From positions 201,949 through 265,948 of the forward strand of contig OZ287698.1 in the NCBI GenBank assembly GCA_965649825.1: 64,000 nucleotides of DNA, in the 5' to 3' direction. A model generated the notes under the pieces. The model had not been told where the DNA came from and made no database searches. It worked only from the letters and a program-made list of their open reading frames with translations. Position numbers and translations under genes: made by a program. Positions 35,401 to 46,788 of this stretch are shown here, piece by piece. Source of the DNA: Penicillus capitatus (lineage: Eukaryota > Plantae > Chlorophyta). The first letter of the stretch is position 1; every line of letters begins with the position of its first letter.

Positions 35401-37157
35401 ACGCATGCCGCATCTGTCCAGAAAATGGCAACTGCACATCGCCATTCATCGTTCCTCATGCGGGCCACTGGAATGCCTTTCCATGCTCAGACAAGATGCA
35501 GAAGTGCATTCGAGAAGAGGCATGTGTTGGAGCAGCATCAGCTGCCGTCATGGAGAACCTGGCGTCCATTTCCCAAACGTGTGATATCCCTGAAGACCTC
35601 ACGCATGGCTACCGGATGGCTCTGTGCGAAAACGGATACTCCGGCCCTCTCTGTGGATCGTGCACGGATGACAAAGGCCGATCGGCAGGCTTCACATGCT
35701 CAGATTGCCAGAGCACCGAAATCTCAGTGGGATTTATATCCGCATTGGTGTTGATAGCGATCTCCGTTGTCGCTTACCAGATCAGGGAACATTTGAAAAA
35801 GATTTTCAGGTATGCTCATTCATACATCTAAGTTGCAAAGAGTACTCAAGCACATTCTTACAGTGAGAGCGATTCCGGACGGCAAACGGGGACGACGAAC
35901 AGTTCTGGCACACCGGCTGTTAACCCCACAGGCAATTCCGCGTCGGTTGGGACCTCGAAAGAGAAATCCGTTCAGCTCCTATCGGTACCGCTGAGTGATC
36001 ATGAGCATGCAAAGAACTAGAGCGCTGTGTTTGGGTCAGGTTCTACTGAACTTTCTGCAGATGCTTGCATTGGCCCTGTCTTTGGACTTGGGCTGGTCAA
36101 GAATCTTTGTCAATCTTTTCAAGACTTACGGTACTGTTGCCCGATGTCACCATCAGATATACTCATCGACGTGCATGCTGTCGCAGATGCTGTGAGTGGT
36201 GCAGGTCAATCGGTGCTGAGCCAATCATTCTACTGCCTCATTCGCCACTCTCAGTCCATTGCATCTCCGTCTCTTCTGCAGAAGACGGGTGTCATCTTGT
36301 TAATCTTTTCCATCACTTCTGTCATCAGCATATTCTGGTTCTTCTACGCTCGCAAGAAAGGCATGTCCACTGCTGTTTTTCTCCGGAGATGCCTATTGAC
36401 CTTCTTAGTCGCATTTGATTTCCTCTATGTCAACTTGGCTACGGCGACTCTTAGTTTCTTCAACTGTGTTAACGTGCACGACGGTCTACTTCTGGAAGAG
36501 CTGGATGTCGCCCACAAGTACTGGGCAGACGACACAGATGTCCAGTGCTATGAAGGCAGCCACAAGAAGTTTGTCTTCCTCTGTGCCATCCCATCACTGC
36601 TGTTTGTCTGTCTCTTTCCCTTCAGCATATTGATCATATTGATCGTTGTTCGCAACCAAAAGAAGCTCGATTCGAAATGGTCGAAAGAAACACTGGGTCA
36701 GCTCTTTGATGCATACTCTGAGAAGTACGTATACTGGAACGTTTGTATTTTGTTGAGAACGGGTCTATTGTCAAGCATTGTGGTTTTCGCTTATTCGTTG
36801 GGAGGTAATTTGCAGGGAGTGATGGTTCTATTCGTTCTTGTGTCTGCTCTCTTTGCACAATCCTCTTGCCGTCCCTTCAAGGAAGGACTGGAACTGGTTA
36901 ACCGCATGGAGGGCTATTCGCTCTTGCTAGCGACATTCACTCTTTTGGTCGGGATTGTTTTGCACGATCCAAACACCAAGTCGCGTCAATGGAGTGACGC
37001 CCTCGCCGGCATCACAGTTCTTGTTAACATCGGGTTTGTTTCTGTGCTTTTCTTTCTGATTGTTAAGTTTCGTACGGAGCATTGTGACTGCCGTCCGTGC
37101 AGAAGATCTATTCCGAGAACACACTCGATCGTTCAGTTGGAACTCGCAGAAGCGTAA
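32039..37157 (+). CDS. Large Pmp-like (GGAI/FxxN beta-helix) repeat, Cys-rich and multi-pass transmembrane receptor/adhesin-like protein
   Basis: Many F..N.A...GG(A/S)I repeats in 32601-34481; Cys-rich CxxC region (CITCDANHYS, CRICPENGNC, YSGPLCGSC); hydrophobic helices in 35995-37157. The first exon and start codon could not be resolved. Confidence 0.8.
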
Positions 37158-37840
37158 GAGGCCTTCGTGACAGAGAGAGCATTTCTCGCCTTGTTCAACG
37201 GATTTTTAAAACGCAAAATTTGATCCTTGAAACACACTCACTCACTGTGCCGGCGGGCTATTAGATCCTTGATTTGTTGTTAGCAAGTGTTTGTAAACAC
37301 GAATGTTTAATGAAAGACTCGACGTTCTTTGGTGCTTCCGTTAGGAGTATCGTATAAACGCAACGAACGGTCTCTTCTGCACATCTCTTCTACGTCTTCA
37401 TCGGCAAACGCATTTAGACGTCCACCGCAATGTGTTCGTCGTAGTCTGCGTTTTCTCGGTGCGAACAAATAAAGTGACTCGAGAGCACCATGCGAACATA
37501 CTTCGCTCCACAAATGCCACAACAGCTTACAAGGTGCCACAGATTCGGTGGCCCTTTTCGGAAACTTCACTTTTCGCCTCTGTCCACCGGCCATTGCAAT
37601 TGTGGGGCATAGATGAGTGATCACGCCGTTGGCGACAGATGCTCTTGACAGAGACGGATGCGACAGGTTTAGTTAGACAAAAATCGTTGCTGGCGAGGAA
37701 AGATCGTCATTGTAAACAGAGGACGTTAAGGTTTTTCGTCTCATTAAGTCTTTACTTACTACTCTTTCTCGTACGACACTTTCGTTCCGCCGTTTAAAAC
37801 CCTTGCCGAACGACGGTGCCCGCACGCGTGACAACGAACG

Positions 37841-39289
37841 ATGCTGCCTTCTGGCTCTCAGTCCGGAGTTCCTGACACCGCCCCCGACCCGGTGCGCACG
37901 GCGGTTGCTCAGGCCGCGAACACGGTTCGGTACCGGCGCGACCTGCGTCAGTCCCATGAGGTGCTCGAGGCCATGAGCAAGGATGAGCTCATCCTCGTTA
38001 ATACCGCACTCCGAGCCTGTTCTACTCAGCTCGCTGCCACCCTGGACCCCGCACAGCTCATCGAGAAGATCCGAGCCTACCTGACTGCAGACGAACAAAG
38101 AGACAACACCCAGCTACGCCTCGCTAACAGACTCGAGCAAACGCGCAATCAGCTCCTCCTGGCGCCTGAAGCCCCAGACACGCCCATGGGGGAAGAAACA
38201 AGCACGGCGCTTCTCTGTCGATCGCGTCACTCGGTGCCGCCGAGCCAATTTCTCAGAGCACTCTCCGACGACCACCGTTCGTCTCTCTTTCAAATAGAGA
38301 TGATCGTCCCGACTTTCATCCCAGAGGATTCTCCACTGCGGACTCGTCTCTCCCAGGCTTTCTCCGAGATGCACGAGGTGCACACATGCATGCTGTTCTA
38401 CCACAGCATCACGGATTGGACACACCCCGTCGCGCATCCATCGTCCTCCGCACCAGCGGACAGAGCCCAGGCAGCGACAGAAACCGGCACCGGCAGCGAT
38501 GCTCCTAGATCATATCGGGATGCCGCTCGACAGTCCATGACTACAGCTCATTCCTCGACCCAACCCACAACGACCCCCGCACAGAAGCAACGAATCGCCC
38601 AGGCCAGAGAGTTACGCAAGAAAACTCAGGAGATAAAAGCACAGATCAGGTATGATGAACGCAGTTTCCAGCTATGCCCAGTGACGTTGAAGGGAGACCG
38701 TCCGTCGTTTCGCCAGCTCGGTATCAGTTTGGAGCGAACGTTAAAGATCACGAACTTGAAGGAACATATTGAAGACATCCGATCTGATCACGGCGGCCGA
38801 TACTATGTCCAAATCCGAGCCGATCTGCTCAAGTCATTCGAGAAAGCGCTCGATCGATGCCTGGAAGGTGGCGGCGACTCATGGGACTTGGAACTGACGG
38901 ATATTGGAACGTTCACGGTCAACAACCCGTATCTATCACCCACCAAAGACAAGGTCCCAGTGGTCATCAGCAATGTCGACGTGGACATCGACCCGGAAGC
39001 AGCCATCACCGCCATTGCTGAACAGAACGCATCCCGCTGGAAGATACCGGCAACAGAACTCGAAGAATCGCATTTCGCAGCCCTGCATCGACTGAATCGC
39101 AGAAAACGAGACTCTTCAGGACAGCCCCTCCCGGAATAGACACCGAGCAAGAACTTGAAAGTCTTCGTTTCGAAGACTCTCCAGGAGCAACTGCTGGACC
39201 CCAAGACCGCGTTTGCCGCCATGGACTACATGGTATTGCCCATCCGCCCGTTCGCGCGGTTCCCGAGTGCACCCCGAGGAATCTCCTGA
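37841..39289 (+). mobile_element. Non-LTR retrotransposon (LINE) ORF1/gag-like gene, with a premature stop and 3' truncation
   Basis: The 432-codon ORF has SYRDAA and VPVVISNVDVDI...RL.R motifs. It continues past TAG 39137-39139 (probably a former TGG) as TPSKNLKV...DYMVLPIRPF, which is typical of LINE ORF1 before the zinc knuckles. No knuckles or ORF2 follow. Confidence 0.7.
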
Positions 39290-39884
39290 TCCACCATTTC
39301 ATTTACATTCATCCTTGCTTGGCCTTTCTGTTCGGACCGCTTGAACATTGTTTGCTACACCCCATGTACAGATGCACTCCTGATCTTACCAAAAAGGAGT
39401 TGTAAAAGCAAGAAATCTAAAAAAGTCTTTACTTACTCAGGTGAATTTCCACAGATGCTATCTTTCCCTATTCGGCAACTGGAGGGAGGAGTGTCGCCGT
39501 CTGAGGGATCTGCTTACTCCTCTTCTCTAATATCTGCCTCTGATGGTCCGGAAGTCGGCAAATTTTCGGGGACGAGTACTACGAAGTTGACTCCTCGATC
39601 CTCGGAACTCCGCCTGGAATCGTAGAGCCCAACGTTATGGACTACCTGATCCGCGCCCTGCTGGAGAAGTTACGCGTGTTCCTCGTGGCGGAACCGATTG
39701 AGGCGCTTCTGGAAAGTCGGGTATAGCGGTGTGTGTGGGATATGGGCGCGCGGAATGTTTTGTTCGGTGTTATCGTCGGCCAGAGTGGCAGAGAGAGTGG
39801 AGACGGGAAGGTCTTACAATAACAAACGAAAGGGCAAACACAGGGCGAATCCTAAGCTTTTTATTCAGTCTAGGCGATGTGACA
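39290..39884 (-). mobile_element. Possible degenerate LTR-retroelement fragment abutting the LINE
   Basis: On the minus strand it begins TGTCACA at 39884, with AATAAA shortly after. A reading frame with scattered TAA/TAG stops runs from about 39600 to 39290. No diagnostic domain was recognised. Confidence 0.25.
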
Positions 39885-40756
39885 GTCTAGGTAGATGAGT
39901 CATCCTACTTCCACGACCAGAGAAAAGCATCTCTTGAAGCCCAAGGGTCCCTTCTGACAAGACAACTAACGTCCCTTCATGCACATAACCGCTCTCCTCC
40001 AGGACAGTCACATTTTCATGAGAGTATTGGCGACAAGGAGTGTGAATGTTAAATGAGGTAAACCAGAAATGATGAAATCCTTAAGCTTGTAAGATCTGGT
40101 TGTGCCACGAGGGTAAGACCTAGTCCGCCAACAAGGACCTTTCCGGCCGCAAACTTCACAATCATTTGTCTTACTTTAAACACATTCGTGTTTTCTCTTG
40201 TAGAACAGTTTTTTGAATACTGTTATGCTTAGAAATTGCTTTCGCGTGGGCGTAGTTCTTTGTCGACAAATAGTGAGCACTTTTAAACAGATTGATGTTT
40301 GTTGCAAAACCCCCTTTTTTATAATCTAACATGACGTTATGATTCCCGTCATGTTGTCGTCATGCTCATTGTCATTTTGCGGCCTGACAATACTATGAGG
40401 AATAAAGTCAGGACTCGATGTTCTCCTTCATGTGTTACTTCTGTTTCTCGTTCGCGGCAGAATGTAAGGTAAGAGGTGCACAGCAAAAACATGACGCGAC
40501 TTCTCCAACTTTAAATATTATGAAGGAATGGATTTCGCGAGATCAGAAGGACATATTTCCTCGTCGGGTGTAATTAAATTTTTATAGCATTGAACCACTT
40601 TGAATAACGAATGGAAGATAAAGCCGACAAGCATGGAAGAATCTGTGACACTTCAAGAGAACCAGCCAGACGGATAGAATCGTTCATGGACGCGGAAAAA
40701 GTGACACTGTCATTAAAAGCCTTCATGTCTTTACTCTTCGAGTCATCCATTTGCAA

Positions 40757-42403
40757 TCAAAAGTCATTTAAGGATCTCAAACACGGAAACCTGTTAAACA
40801 GCATCTGTTCGTCGCCTTTCTCCAGATTCGGACAAGATATCCACAAATATCTGAGTCGAGGAAACGTGCCTTCCCCGAAAAGGCCGAGGGCGTCGAATTC
40901 CTGACTCATCCGTCCTCCGCACCGAAGTCTGAGTTCCTGAAGCTGCGTCAGCACAGTGAACTGCATTCGGAAACTGTCCAGGTTGGCTTGTTTAGATGAA
41001 CTCCGATAGGTGAGATACGTCAAATTAGACAATAAGGCGAGAGACTGGAAGGCCTCAGGATCCAGATCGTCTCGTGCAGAAAGGGACAGACTTCGGAGAC
41101 TCTTCAGCTGGGACAGTATGTGATTCGACAGAATGGACCGGCGTTCATCACACCACAGCAACTTTGTCAGGTTCGTCAACTGTCCGATGTCATTGCTCAG
41201 ATTTTGTGGTACTTGGTGCAAATTGCCCAGAGAAAGACACTTCAGTTCGCTGAGAGGAGCAATGCTTCCTTTGATCGATGCTCCTCTCAAGGTCAGAGAT
41301 GTCAAGCGTGTCAATTCTGGAACATAGACTGAAACGCGCCTGGGCTTCCCGAATGAAGTGTACACCACCAGGCTGAGCGACTGTAGGTTCGTCAGAGAAC
41401 AGAAGACGTCGCCGATGGAATGTCTCGGGTAACAATGCATCGACAGAGCGAGACTTCTTAGGGTATCGATTGCTGCGACGACTGAGAAGAGCGAATCGAG
41501 AGATTCTTCTGACTCAACGATGATAATGTGCATTTCGAGCACTTCGAGTTGATCAAAGCACTTCAAACCTGTCCACATCCTTGAAGGCTCGACGGATCTC
41601 GCACGAACATTACTCAGATTCAAAGATCGGAGAGTGCCAGCGTAATGCCCAACAGTCTGAAAAGACAGAGTGAGTAAGGAGGATGACACAACAGTTAAGT
41701 GATATCTTACTGCAAGGAGTTTGGGCGCGAACATCCTTATGGAAAACTCGGGGAGCGCCGTCAACTTTGTCATGGCAGTCGAAGGGAACAAGATCTGATC
41801 GCTCCCGTTTCTCAATAGATTGCAGGGCACAGTGAGTTCACGGAGTCCTTTGAGTTCTGTGAACGGGGTCCATGATCTCGGGTTGACATCCGGCTTCCCT
41901 GTGGTCCTTACTGTCAGCTTTGTCAGTCCTGTTAAGTGCGGAAGCGCATTGTGCAAATTCTCACACGACGCCGCTCTGAGGCACACTCCCAGTGACTGCA
42001 GTCGAGTGTACATTGCTGCATGAAGGCGTAGCACGTCGTCACGGGTTCCATCAGTGACGCAGTCCAACAGATCCAGGTGTTTAAGCGAGGACATACCCGC
42101 CAGCTGTCGAGCAATGCCGAGGTCATCTGATGGGAAAGCTCCAGAGTACGAGACTTCGACAGCGTTGGGAAAAGTGGCCAACACTTTGCTCAGATGTTCT
42201 CGAGGCACCCGTCGAAGCTTGACAGGTAGGGTATTGCATAAGGTGTTCCACTCTCGACACACGCGACGACACTCTTGAAGGCCGTCGTCGATTAGGTGGC
42301 CGAGCACTTTTCGAAGAAACCAGTCCTCCTCGAGCAGGCGGCCGATGAGATTCGGGGGACGACCACGCCGTCGTATTTCTCCGGAGAGGGTTCGCTTCGA
42401 CAT
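40757..42403 (-). CDS. F-box-like / leucine-rich repeat protein, paralog 1
   Basis: F-box-like LRKVLGHLIDDGLQECRRVCREW is followed by LxxLxxLxL repeats (LTNLQSLSL, LTRLTSLTL, LSQLKSLRSLSL). One in-frame 54-nt intron; clear paralog at 52302-53978. Confidence 0.85.
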   Translation of the reverse strand: MSKRTLSGEIRRRGRPPNLIGRLLEEDWFLRKVLGHLIDDGLQECRRVCREWNTLCNTLPVKLRRVPREHLSKVLATFPNAVEVSYSGAFPSDDLGIARQLAGMSSLKHLDLLDCVTDGTRDDVLRLHAAMYTRLQSLGVCLRAASCENLHNALPHLTGLTKLTVRTTGKPDVNPRSWTPFTELKGLRELTVPCNLLRNGSDQILFPSTAMTKLTALPEFSIRMFAPKLLAVRYHLTVVSSSLLTLSFQTVGHYAGTLRSLNLSNVRARSVEPSRMWTGLKCFDQLEVLEMHIIIVESEESLDSLFSVVAAIDTLRSLALSMHCYPRHSIGDVFCSLTNLQSLSLVVYTSFGKPRRVSVYVPELTRLTSLTLRGASIKGSIAPLSELKCLSLGNLHQVPQNLSNDIGQLTNLTKLLWCDERRSILSNHILSQLKSLRSLSLSARDDLDPEAFQSLALLSNLTYLTYRSSSKQANLDSFRMQFTVLTQLQELRLRCGGRMSQEFDALGLFGEGTFPRLRYLWISCPNLEKGDEQMLFNRFPCLRSLNDF

Positions 42404-42616
42404 GAGAAAAACGGTCCACTTCGCGGAGGTTCTGTTCTTCAAGGAGGGTTTCAAAGTGGTTGTCGCTGAAGAAACGTCGCCTTGCTATTTGACGGCGCCT
42501 ATTTCCTTTAGACGTCCCGATAATGTAACACACACGTAATGCGAAGAAACTGTCTTTTTTAGAAGATCCTTGCGCGATGAGGCTTTGTGACCGTGACAGT
42601 CACATCAGTGACAAAG

Positions 42617-45600
42617 ATGGAAGGAAGCGGCTTCCGCTGCCGGACACCTGGAATAGCCGGTCGCAATTCAATCTCGCCGGTCAGGACGCCCTTTCTGAGG
42701 CAGAGCCACTCCGGAAGGCACAGCGATGGACGATGGTATGAGCGAAAACTGGGTGTGCAGATAATATGTCAAGGTAAGAAACGTGTCCCCCGAGTCCATC
42801 TCGAGAAACCGCTTAGCGCAGCGCGCAAAAAGAAGACAACGACGATAAACTATGCAAACAAGCATCGTCTGACATCAAGTGAGGCGTCATTCGACGAGGG
42901 GAATTGCAAGAACGTTGTCTAGGCCCGGTGAGATATGACGTCGTGGAAGGAGAGGAAGACGCACAGTTTGCCTTGGGGAGCGAGCTCGTGCCGCTGGACG
43001 AACCGGTTCTGATCCGGTTTCGACAGCGAGGCTACTTCCCACCGCTGGGTCCACTGATTCCGCGCATCCCGGGACTGGAAGTGTTGATGACGCGGGACCT
43101 GGAGCTGGCAGACAGGTGGGTGAGGGAGAGAAGAGTAAGGAAGACGGAGTGGATAGGATACACAATCCGCCAACGCGTCTTCGATCTCAAGAGGGGAGCC
43201 CTACTGGCCTACTTCCCAGAAGACGATCCGTCGACAGGTATCTCCATTCGACGATGGCTTCTGTCGACTCCTGTTGCAGAGACAGACGAGGTGAGGACGC
43301 GGTCGGAAGAAAGCGAGATAGAGGAGAGTGAGCAGAAGGTTCGAAACTCGGCCGCAGATGAAGAGCTGTGGATGAGGCTGGATGCGTACAATGACTACGA
43401 CCACGAGGCCAGATTCGATGTTCATCCGACCGGGCAAGAGATCTCGGAGACAGCAGACACAGGATCGCATCCTCTGACGCCTCTGGAAGACGACCTCGGG
43501 CCACTGGACGACGAGGTCATCGAAGATTTACTCGATCATGGGAGTGCCTCGTATGACGAGGATGACGTCGAACAACAGACGGCGCATGATCCCTGCAGCA
43601 ATGGCAGAAGAGACACGGCCGACAATGATGGGGTTTCGGTCTGGGACGAAGACGACGAAGAGGGGCCGAGGTTCGATTCCGCTGCCGATTCGCTCGGCCA
43701 TCGTCCGTGCATCCCTTCCTTCTGCTTCATATGAACAGTGTTCTGTTGCAGAGGACTTCGACTATTACCCGTCGGTAACTGCAAAGCCGCGGTGGAATCG
43801 CTACGTGGGTCGATTAAAGCCCGGCCAGAAATCCATCTTTTACAAGCTCGGCAACGTGGTGATCGAAGACAAACGGCCACCGCAGTACAAAGAGGTTGAA
43901 GCGCCGCCACCTCTTCCACCTAAGGTCTTCACGAGAGATCCGATACTCGCCTCCGTCTGGATGGAAGACGGGGATCAGCCGGATCCGAAGCCGCTGCCGC
44001 CAGACGCCGTCCCTGTTCGGATGAACGCCGTCTCCCTCCTGGCACTGTGTCACAGGAACCACGTTCTGATCCTGCAGCTGAGGAGAATGGCAGGCATCGG
44101 TCCGGCCTTGTTCAATCTCCTCCACTCCAGATCCATCAGGAAGCTGTCGTTCGCCCACACGGAGACATCGGAGCTGCTCTCTCCACTCGGCATCGACGTC
44201 CAGGGAGGGTGCAGCGTCGTTGAGCTGATCCTTAAGTACAGGGAGTTCGCCGCATCGAATCTCCAACGGCGGATGCGCTGCAGGGCCACAGAAAGGAGCG
44301 ACACCAGCGACGAGCAGCACCCCCTCCAGCAGCTGAAGGAACACCAGGTGGCGAGTGTCGTCACCGGCGTCGACATTTCGGACCGCGACTTCTACACGGA
44401 GGAGTGGAACAACCCGCTCCTGTGCGAGAGGTAGACGTCGAAACGCTCGGGCGGCTGCCTCGTGAGTGTGAATCCCTCAGGGAAGTGACGTGTGCGGCAA
44501 AGGAGGCCTTCGCCCTCTATGCCATGGCGAAGGCGCTGCTACGGGCCAACCGGACGCACTTCTTCGACATCGACATCTTTCTGAAGAATCCTATACCTCC
44601 ATCCTATCTGGAAACGGCCAAAGGCACGCCGGCCACCATCAGACGTCCACTCAGGGTCCAGCGCGGCGTCTTTTACGAGGACATGGGGAAACTGTTGGAA
44701 GGCATCTCGTTCAATCTCGATGTGACCCTCACCAGGTGTGCACGTCACACTGCAGATCGGCTGTCGACACTCGCGCGAGCAGAGACGTCAGCGTGGCCCA
44801 GCAGTGGGCGGAGAAGCGGTTGTACGAGGAAGACGTGCAGTACATTGGTTTCAATCAGGAGTGGGTCAAGGGCAGAATCACCGAGATCAGCGCCATCATA
44901 ACCATCGCCACCGAGAAGGAGATCCTGATCTGCCAGCAGCTATACATGCCGTATATTCCGGACGCGCTGAGGAGAATCATCCACAACAGAAACATCAAGA
45001 CATGCGGACCAGCTTCGTCACTCGGCGTCTACAAGAAAGGCCTGCGGGATTTTTGCCTGAGAGGTTACGAACATACGTCCCGCGTTTTTTTGAACCTGAT
45101 CGGAAAGAGGAAGAGAAAGAACATCCCGAAGGTGCTGAGGGATCTGAACTTTCGACTGCTGGCGAAGATGCTCGTGGCAGTTGAACGGGAGGACGAAGAC
45201 AACGTGTCGGATGCGGTGCGATGGGACAAGCCTGTCTTCTCTGAGAGAGAGGTAACCTTCCGCGCCATCCTCTGCTAAACTGCACTGGCGTCCGGCACCA
45301 GATCGAGTATCAGGCATTGGAGGCGTGGATTGGGTGGGCGCTGACACACATTTTCTCTCAGTGCACGTTCGATCACTTAGAAAGGCTCCGTGCCTACTTG
45401 CAGGTCGACAGGCCTTGACGGTGGATCCTTTCCAAACGATCTGCCGTTGGTGCAGGGTCCTTCGTTCGTTCCGAGGAGAAAGAAGGTCACGCCGAGTGTG
45501 CGTCGTCGATACGGAGTGGACGAGACGCAGGGATCGACGATACCAGAGGGAGAAGAAGAGGAGGCGTTGGAACGACTGGCGTCGGGGTCTGTCGAGATAA

Positions 45601-45671
45601 CGCACAAAGATCTCAACAAACTGATCAACGTGCTCTGTCAGCGAGAGCAAGGGGTGGCAATGGGGACGTAA
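42617..45671 (+). CDS. Protein with tandem degenerate WRN/RNase D-type 3'-5' exonuclease-like domains and a transit-peptide-like N-terminus
   Basis: Three repeats begin (V/T)TRD...A..W (LMTRDLELADRW, VFTRDPILASVW, TLTR|DVSVAQQW), with IGFNQEW, LLALCHRNHVLILQL, W.KP.FSERE|IEYQALEAW and W.NPLLCER|EVTCAAKEA. Exons join in frame to TAA 45669-45671. Confidence 0.7.
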
Positions 45672-46788
45672 GCGGAGGATTGATTCCTGTAACGATCAGA
45701 GTCTTTTGGTGCCGAGACGAACACGGACATCGACAGAGCTTTTGGCTCTCGACATGGATTGCCGGGTGCTAGTCGTCGAGGCCGTTGAATGGGGCAGAGT
45801 GACGGAACGCTTTCTTACACACGCGCCTCGACGATGCAGAAGAGGACCTCCACCTCGCTGGTAGAGATTGCGAAGAGTATTCGTTAGAACGATCTCTGGA
45901 CGACACCACCGCGTTCCTTCGATACCGAGAGGGAAGCGCCGAGGAACGTAGAGTCTTTCACTAAACTTCGTGTTAACATATGCTTACAGCAAATCAAAGA
46001 CATGCTTGTCCGCAGCAACAGTGAGTGTGTTTAAAGAATCGAGTTTTGCGTTCTAAAATTCCGTCCGACAGAGGAAAACGCTGTCGCTGCTTCGAGGACC
46101 TCGTACCTACGTATAATTTCCATGTAAAAGGTCAAGCGTGTCGGATGAACAGCACTTGCTCGTTCTTCTTTGATTTCGTTTGTGTGTTGCGTTTTACAAG
46201 TTCTTTCTTCTTGCTTTCGCACGTTTGTTCAGAGCTGCTTGCTGACACATCGCGAGGAATCGAGTGCCATTGTTATCAGAGTGTCATTTCTGGTCTCCCT
46301 GCAAGCTGGATCACGGACGCATAATCGGTTTGGACAACAATGTTCGAGAACTGCAAACGGGATAGATTCGTAAACGGCAAGGCGTTTTGTGTGATCTTCA
46401 ACTTCCGAGATCTAACCTCAACCTCGTCGTCCAGTGTTTGCTTTAGTCTCTAACTAACCCTGTTCGAACGCAAATCTCTTTCGGAGAGGAGCTCGATGTC
46501 GACTACGCCCACGTTGTCTGTTTCGGTCTCCATCCGAACGAAGTCCTATCGTCAGGTACTAGCCAGGTGTCGTGCATTATTCCCTGCTCCATCTGTTTCT
46601 GACGCCGGCCACGTCAATTGACAGGACTCGAGCTGGAATGTCCTTTCATTGCGGTAAACTTGGCATAAATGAAGGCACGGCATCTAAGTGTTTGTCTTTT
46701 GTAGCTATTCTTGCCAGCGGGTTCAGGTATTGTCAATAAACCTGCGCGTCGCAGCCTTCGTCTATGTTCTCGTCCATCCTTGCAAGAT

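Noticed and set aside
37307-37624. RLNAFADED as a reverse-transcriptase YADD-like motif
   Set aside because: Flanking RT motifs are absent, it is on the opposite strand and upstream of the LINE ORF1, and the match is too short.
45700-46700. Minus-strand interrupted frame (METETDNVGVVDIELL...)
   Set aside because: It has several stops and no recognisable domain, so it cannot be called even as a pseudogene.
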